A stretch of 60,922 bases of DNA, the filler included, from Sluysia triapertura (lineage: Eukaryota), in assembly GCA_046118255.1 (NCBI GenBank). It is 5 parts of 5 records of this genome, joined end to end, with 100 filler letters (N's around TTAATTAATTAA, not from the genome) between each part and the next. Parts side by side here need not be neighbours in the genome. Positions count along the whole stretch, not along the records: positions 49,762 to 60,922 come from JBJNIA010188100.1; 4 more parts are not named here. One strand, written 5' to 3'. Below are positions 54,047 through 60,922 of the stretch, one piece after another. The notes beneath the pieces were generated by a model. The model was not told where the DNA came from. It did no database searches and saw nothing but the letters and a program-made list of their open reading frames with translations. Numbering within the stretch: the stretch's first letter is position 1; every line of letters begins with the position of its first letter. The position numbers were made by a program, and so were the translations under genes.

Positions 54047-57000
54047 CTAAATTTTATAATTATAATTAATAAGCATTTCCAAATTTTTTAAATTTTTTTA
54101 AATATAGATTATATCATAAATTCAGATATGGATCCAAAAATTCTTTCATCAAAGAAAATAATTAAAATTACTGAAATAAAAGGCAATTCACATTATCTAT
54201 TGTTATTAAAAATTTTATGACCTTATGCTTTTTCTGACTTGTATGTTCTATTTATGATGCTTTTTAACATTGTAAACGCTAAATTCAATGATTTTGAATA
54301 TTTTATCGTGAGCTCTTATTGTGTCCCAGTTTGTTAGAGATGCAAGTACTAATTATAAATAATATTTCTTCTTAGTGAAGATTTAAGTCACAATATACAA
54401 TCTTTATTTTAATCCATTTCAAAATAAACAGGACATTTAGGTTTTATTTAAAATTCTAAGCACAAAATAAATATAGCCGTTATATTTGTTAAAAAATTAT
54501 TAAATTAATAAAAGCACTTGAAAATTATAGAATTACAAAATTCCCAAATTTTAAATTCTAAATATGCAATGATAAAACCGAAGACAATTCCAAATTTTGA
54601 TAATTCCAAAAATGTAAGCATTCTATAATTATATCGTCAGATACGACTTTTGAGATTCAACAAAAACATGGTCTTTACGGAAATCACAAAACTACGGCAA
54701 TGTGCCAATTTCACGTGGATAATTTTGGTATATGTTTGAAATTCGGCACTTCATGTCGTTACAGTTACAACACTGCAGAATTATGTTCCAATTCCTCGAA
54801 AAAAGACAATTTCAGTAATAACAGAGAACACGAACAAATTATTAAATTCCATACGGATCCATCAAATTCAACTGAATAAATGCCGGACCAATTCTGAAGA
54901 CAAAGTTAATTCAAACGATCCTATTATATATGCGGGACTCAAAGTAATAATTCTTATTTACAATAATAATAACAACAGATGTGATCTTAATATTTATTTT
55001 TTAGTGTGATCCAATTAAAGAAAATTGTAATGATCCGAAACATAAACTCCTCAACGACTTTAATTTTAAGTGGGATATTTAATAACTTTTCATTCGTTTA
55101 TGTTTTTGTTATAGATAATAGATTTTTCGTATCTTATTTTATAATTTTAATAAAAGATAATTTTAAACTTCATTTAATAAAAAATATATTTCATAAATTT
55201 ATAAAAGATCATTTTAATTTTTCAAGCCTCAATATTATAAAATCCAATAAAATCAACAATAAATTATTAATGATAAAAATAAAGAAAAATCACCAAAACA
55301 ATATCCATAATTAAATAAAGTTGAAATCAAATAATTTTTAAATTAAATTAGAATTGAATTACTTTCGAATTTTTAAATTAAATGTTTTAAATTTAAAAAC
55401 ATTTTGAAATGAAACTAGAATTTATTAAGCATTATTTGTAGTTTAAAATTGACATTATTTAACTTATTGTAATTCTATTGGTAAAGTTTTATACAGTGTT
55501 TCTTTTAATAAATTTTAGTAACTAGATATTGTTATTTTTCTTTTCGAGACTTCGAAAGAGAATTTAAATTCTAAATTGCACTTCCATCTTTAACACCAGA
55601 AGTAGAACTATAATTTCCAGATAGAAACTATTTATAATTGAAGTTTTAAATTTAGCAGAGTATTAAGAAAGTTTGAATAATTAGAAGTAATTGATTTAGG
55701 TTCAGATAATTTTAAGATTGTTAAAAGTAAAAGTTAATGTAACTAAAGTTTGCAAACAATTTTAAAGTGAGTAAGAATTGTCAATTTTAATATAAAATAT
55801 TATTTTGATTTTAGGACGAGTAAAAACGATTAGTTGTTAATAAAAACTAAATTTCAAGATATTAAGTTTAATTTTAAAGAGATATTATCGCTTTAGTCAT
55901 GTATTTTCTCTGTATATTAATTAACTACAATTTATGCTATAATTTTAGCCATGTACTTTTATTTGATTATGTCCATCTTGTTAATATTCACCTTTCAGCA
56001 AGTTTTATTAGTATTAATGTTTGATCCATATATTTTTAGTATGTTAATTAAGATTGACAGATTCTTGACTACTTTCCTTGCTTGATTTTAATTTCCTGGC
56101 GCATTTTAAGTTTTTTAAAATACTTCTGACATTATTTAATTTACTTTAGCTGCTTTATAAGTTTTTAAATATTTTAAAGTGCAAAAAGATTATCTTATCT
56201 TAATAGAACTAATTTGAGTACGTGAAACTTTTCGATTTATCTTAATGGTCCTGCCTTTTTTGCTAAACCTTAATTATAGATTTTATAAATTTTTTATCAA
56301 ATAATTCGAAATTTTTAGTCATTTAATTAATTTACGATAGCACTTTTTGAAGCGGCTAAATGGCGTAACCAGAGAAATAAAAATAATTAATACTATTTGT
56401 GTGATCAAGGTGTTTTTTATAGATCTATAATAAAATATGAAGTCAATATAAAGTCAAAAGTTACCATACGTTACATTAACAGTTTACTTATTAATATTAA
56501 TAACTAAATTTCACACTCACATTATTTGTTATCGTAATTATTAAAAAGAATGAGAGTATGTTGTCTAAATGTAAATATTTAAAATAGTATGTAAAGTAAA
56601 ATTTAAATTAATCTAAATTATCAAAAGTGATAGTATGTAACCAATACACAGAACTATACTATTGTTCGGTTTTATATCTGTATGAACAATTATAAAAAGA
56701 AATTTAGTAGATTGGGTCCGCCTACGTTAAACGCTTTATCTTAACTGGAAGGACGTCTACGTAGGATTTAAAATACTTAAAGCTGAAGGTCAAAAAACTC
56801 TTTCGTTTGTGCGAGGCTAAGAACTCTTTTGCTTAACGATTTATTCCTAGTTTTTTCTATATTCCTAATGCCTTTACTCTAATCAATTTATCCCTTAATG
56901 TATAATTTTAATCACGATTCTTTAATTTTAACAATCGAAGGCTAGTAAACTCTTTTGTCTATGCTACAGTTATTTTTCTTAATAATTTATTCCTAATTCT

Positions 57001-57688
57001 TTATTTTCTTAATACTTTTACTTTAAATCAATTTATAATTTTAAGTGTAATTCTATAACTTTAATAAACGAAAATAAAAAGCAATATAAACTGGAAATTT
57101 TATTACAAAAAATTAGACAAAAATATCACACAATTATAATAGAATTCAAATAAAAAGCAATTATAATAACAATAGAATTTTAAACTTTTTATATTTTAAG
57201 TCAGATTTTGACCCAGAGGTTATCTTTGGGTTTTTACTAAAATTGATGAAGATTTTAAGTGAAAGTTTGAGACCGCTTATTAGGGTCGAAAAACTTAAAT
57301 AATATAAGCTTACGTAATCAAAATCAAATTAGTTCCAAGAGCCGGATAACGCTTGACAAAAATTGATTCAATGTCCCACGAGACGCTATAACTTGGTGTA
57401 GGAGCAAATTATCTAAATGACGCTTATAACTGGATGAACGATCAAATATTCCAATCGTAACTTAGCGAATAATCAATTATTTGACTCGAATAAATTGTTC
57501 AATGAACTTTTCTTCGCAAAATATACCACCAAAATTTTTTTATGTTTTTGTTGTGCGACTATTATTTTAAATGATTCAGTTTATATATTAGCTTACTTCC
57601 TTCAAGTCTTTTGTTATAAATCAATTTTCGAAATAAATAAATATTTGTAGTTTTTCAAAAATGATATAAACAATTATTGATAAATGAA

Positions 57689-57829
57689 TAAATATTGACT
57701 TTATTATTCAAAAATGATGTAAAATTATAAATGAATAACTTCCTTTACTAATTACTAAATAAATATTGACTTTATTATTCAAAATTGATGTAAATAATTA
57801 TAAATGAATAACTTCCTTTACTAATTATT
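57689..57829 (+). repeat. ~71-bp tandem duplication
   Basis: TAAATATTGACTTTATTATTCAAAA.TGATGTAAA..TTATAAATGAATAACTTCCTTTACTAATTA twice. Confidence 0.85.
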
Positions 57830-58502
57830 AATCATAAAACTAATTTAATAATTATAAAACTAAAGAATTTTAAAACACTAAATATTTTTTAATTTTTTAT
57901 TATTTTTTACAAATTTTGCATATACATTTTATTTACGTAAAAATATTTATTAAACTTTTGTTATTTACAATATTTATTAAACTTTTATACAATATTTATA
58001 AAACTTTTATTATTTACATTATTATTATTATTATCATTATTATTATTATTATTATTATTACTGTGGTTTTCTTAATTCCTAAGCCACGGCAAATTAAAAC
58101 ATCTTATGTCGTTCCTGTAACTATTTTAAACAAATCATGAAGTAAAAGTTTTTATAAAATGACTGAGACTCGTTAATCACTTCTTTAATAATTGTAATTG
58201 ATTTTGTAATTTTAAGAGGGTATTATAAATGAATATTTTAATCAATCTAATTCCAATTTTATTAAACAATCACTTCAAAATTCTTCTTAAACTTGTAAAA
58301 ACTAATTAAAACAATTTCCACTGTCACAATCGATTAATTTACTTCTTATATGATTTAATTGTGATTAAACTTTACTACATTACAATGAAAGAATGTAATC
58401 AAATGGAAATAACATTAAAAATTAATTTAAAAAGTTATTTAATTTTCTCTTTTAATAATACAAATTGAATATAAAATTTTCTCCTTCGTAGATCGAGGTA
58501 AA

Positions 58503-59003
58503 CAGTGTGGCCAAAATTATTAGACTAAAAGAGGAAAAATATGTTTCTTGATGATCCTGGTTTTAAGCTGCTACCCTGGCCTGGAAATTCTGTTGGAGTT
58601 TATCAAAAGGAGAGTTTTACTCATAAACCAATCACCAGGACAGAATTTATTGAAACTCTGATATAATTATGGCATCACGATGACGAAATCAAAAACTTGT
58701 GCCCCAAGCTCATCCATGATATTATTGGATAACAAAGAAGGGCAAACAAAGTAGTACTGATACAACAGTTTGTACATATTTGATTTGTAGTAAATAGTGT
58801 TATCATTCTACAAGAATAAAATCTCTGTATGTTTTGGAACTCAGTATTTTTATCTACTATTTTACTTTCGCTGGAATTTTTTAGAAAAGTAGTTATTTTC
58901 CAACATTTTGCATTTCTGTGACAATGTTTTTATACCCTTTTGATTAATAGTTTCATAGTATTCTTGAAAAATGGTCTTTAGTCTAATAATATGGCAACTA
59001 CTG
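58503..59003 (+). mobile_element. Tc1-family derivative (copy 6), both TIRs
   Basis: CAGTGTGGCCAAAATTATTAGACTAAAA ... TTTAGTCTAATAATATGGCAACTACTG; interior aligns with copy 1. Confidence 0.85.
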
Positions 59004-60099
59004 CAAATGATTTTTAGTAGGATTTTATTATTCCAATCCGAGAAACTTACTGAAATATAACTTACTGAATCATTGTTAGAATGGTAAAACAAATTCAGTT
59101 CGTTTTTCTAAAATGCTCCACTAATAAATAATCTTAACAATACTGAGTGATCTGAAGAGGCTAGCTAATTAAAAATTGATTATTTAATCGCATTGAATGA
59201 TAAAACTGCTTCATAAATCTTGTTTTCTCGTTAAAAAATTTATAAATAAAAACATAGCTAAATCCAAAATGGCGATTAACACTAAACTAATTCTAGTTTA
59301 TATTCGAGAATATCCGAGAAGCTTCTGTTTTCTATTTTTAGTAATAAGTTTTCTTTTAAGAAATTTAATGATTTTTAAAGGGTTGTAATGACAATTTTGT
59401 AAAGAATAACATTATTGTAATGTTGTTTTATCATCATTAAATTTATATACACTTATTCATTTGCAAATATTTTACTTTGCCTATTAATAATTTGATAAGA
59501 TCCGATACAACTTGTTTGTCTGTCTCATCATTTAGACAACTTCATATTGAAATATAAAACAAAGATCCAATTGTTAATAAACATTTTTAGTATACATTAT
59601 TGAACGAAATTATGAAATTCTGATATAAATTCGTAACAAAATCGAATACAATATTGTTGAGCTTGAGAAAGTGAACCAATCGGGAAAGAGCAATATAGAA
59701 AATTCTAAAAATATAATAATAATTCATCAATCATAAAAAAATTAATTAATAATATTAATAAAAATATAATTAAATTAGTAATAATAAAAAAAATAATAAT
59801 AATAATAGTCTTGTATTTTTTAAGGATAATTCGTCAACGGACAGGAATTTTTCGGAGATCTTTATATCCAGTTAAAGATAATGACAAGAGCTATCATTTG
59901 TTGCCAAAACATGTCGTATTTTTCGCGAAATAAAAGAAGGAAAAATTAGAAAAACAGTCAAAAGGTATAAAAAACTTTTATGCTACATTCTGGATCTTTC
60001 TATCTTCAATGTACACTACCTTTACATAATGCAAAATTCATACATATTTCACTTATGTGTTGTGATTGTCCAACTGTGGATTAGGAGATTAGTAAGAGA

Positions 60100-60922
60100 C
60101 ATATAGAATCACAAAATGAAGAAAGAGTTGATAGAAAGTGATAGATTGAAATTATAAACATTGTTCGAAAAAGTATCATGAAAATAAAAACATCTATAAC
60201 AATAATAATAATAATAGTTAAAGAATACCTTGACATATAAGGTATCGAGACCTTGTGGAGGCTCGAAGTGTACCTGAAAAACATTTGAAGGTATTAGAAC
60301 ACCTTTGAACTTGTTAATTTTAAGATAATCTAAGACTCTATTAATTTTTAAGTATTCTGGAAACCTTGATAAGCATCAAAGATCTTCGAGTAATATTATA
60401 AAGTGTATAAAATCTTCAAAATGTTTGATAAATAAAATCTTTGTTCAAAATAATAAAGATAAGTTTAATATGGTAATAATAAACATAAAGAAGTGGAAAA
60501 GGAAATAAGAGAGGTGAAGGTGAAAACATCTAGAGCCTCCTGAATGCCTTATAAACTACTAAATAACATTGAAACCTTAATAAAACCTTTAAACATAAAG
60601 TAAAATTAAGTCTAAGAAGTAGATTAATTAATTAAAATCTTAATTAACTTAATTAAGAGAAAGTACGTTTTTGTGAATAACTTTTGAATGCGGCATGATA
60701 TGTTGAATTTGAAACTGTATATGTATTTGTTTTGAAAAGACATTTCGATGAAGGTATGGTTTGACCGAGTTCATGCAAGGAAAACTTTAATATTCAGCAA
60801 AGTCAAATTTTAATTAATTTTTAATTATAGAATGTTGAATTTTTTATACTTAGAGTGATGCAAATATGATGAATGGAATATGAGATGATTGCTATGAAAG
60901 AGGAGAATCCATAAGTGAACTC
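60100..60922 (+). repeat. Unclassified interspersed repeat (copy 3, runs off window)
   Basis: Shares TAGATTAATTAATTAAAATCTTAATTAA, GTTCATGC.AGGAAA, GCAAAGTCAAATTTTAATTAA and GAATATGAGAT..CTATGAAAGAGGA with copy 1. Left boundary uncertain. Confidence 0.65.

Noticed and set aside
1-60922. Non-standard genetic code (stop reassignment) to explain the scarcity of long ORFs
   Set aside because: Conserved exons translate cleanly with no in-frame stops, and ETNK ends at TAA where homologues end. The short ORFs are explained by introns and decayed transposons.

Overview
Very AT-rich, repeat-rich eukaryotic (almost certainly invertebrate animal) draft-assembly DNA. It is not one locus. Five unrelated scaffolds are joined by identical artificial 100-bp linkers (44 N + TTAATTAATTAA + 44 N) at 13251-13350, 27089-27188, 38389-38488 and 49662-49761, and ordinary N gaps lie at 5826-6004, 14955-15085 and 18853-19005. 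Reading spliced GT-AG exons by hand recovers parts of five conserved genes: LRP2BP-like Sel1-repeat protein (minus, 3 exons), ethanolamine kinase (minus, 6 exons), EML5/6-type WD40 protein (plus, 8 exons), SLC44A/CTL choline transporter-like (minus, 4 exons) and a divergent insulin-degrading enzyme/M16A peptidase (minus, 2 exons). The rest is mostly decayed mobile DNA: six copies of one Tc1 family, pogo/Tigger, mariner, piggyBac, MULE and hAT-like relics, L2/CR1 3' ends, a Polinton/adintovirus-type DNA polymerase B relic, a tRNA-derived repeat family, an unclassified ~1 kb repeat, and many (TAA)n/(GAT)n microsatellites. The most notable items are a restriction-like-endonuclease non-LTR retrotransposon 3' end sitting inside a tRNA-like repeat, the odd architecture of that repeat, the pPolB relic, and a perfect six-unit heat-shock element with CCAAT/TATA upstream of unassigned exons. 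I found no convincing complete novel multi-gene system. All family calls are by-eye comparisons with recalled sequences, not database searches.
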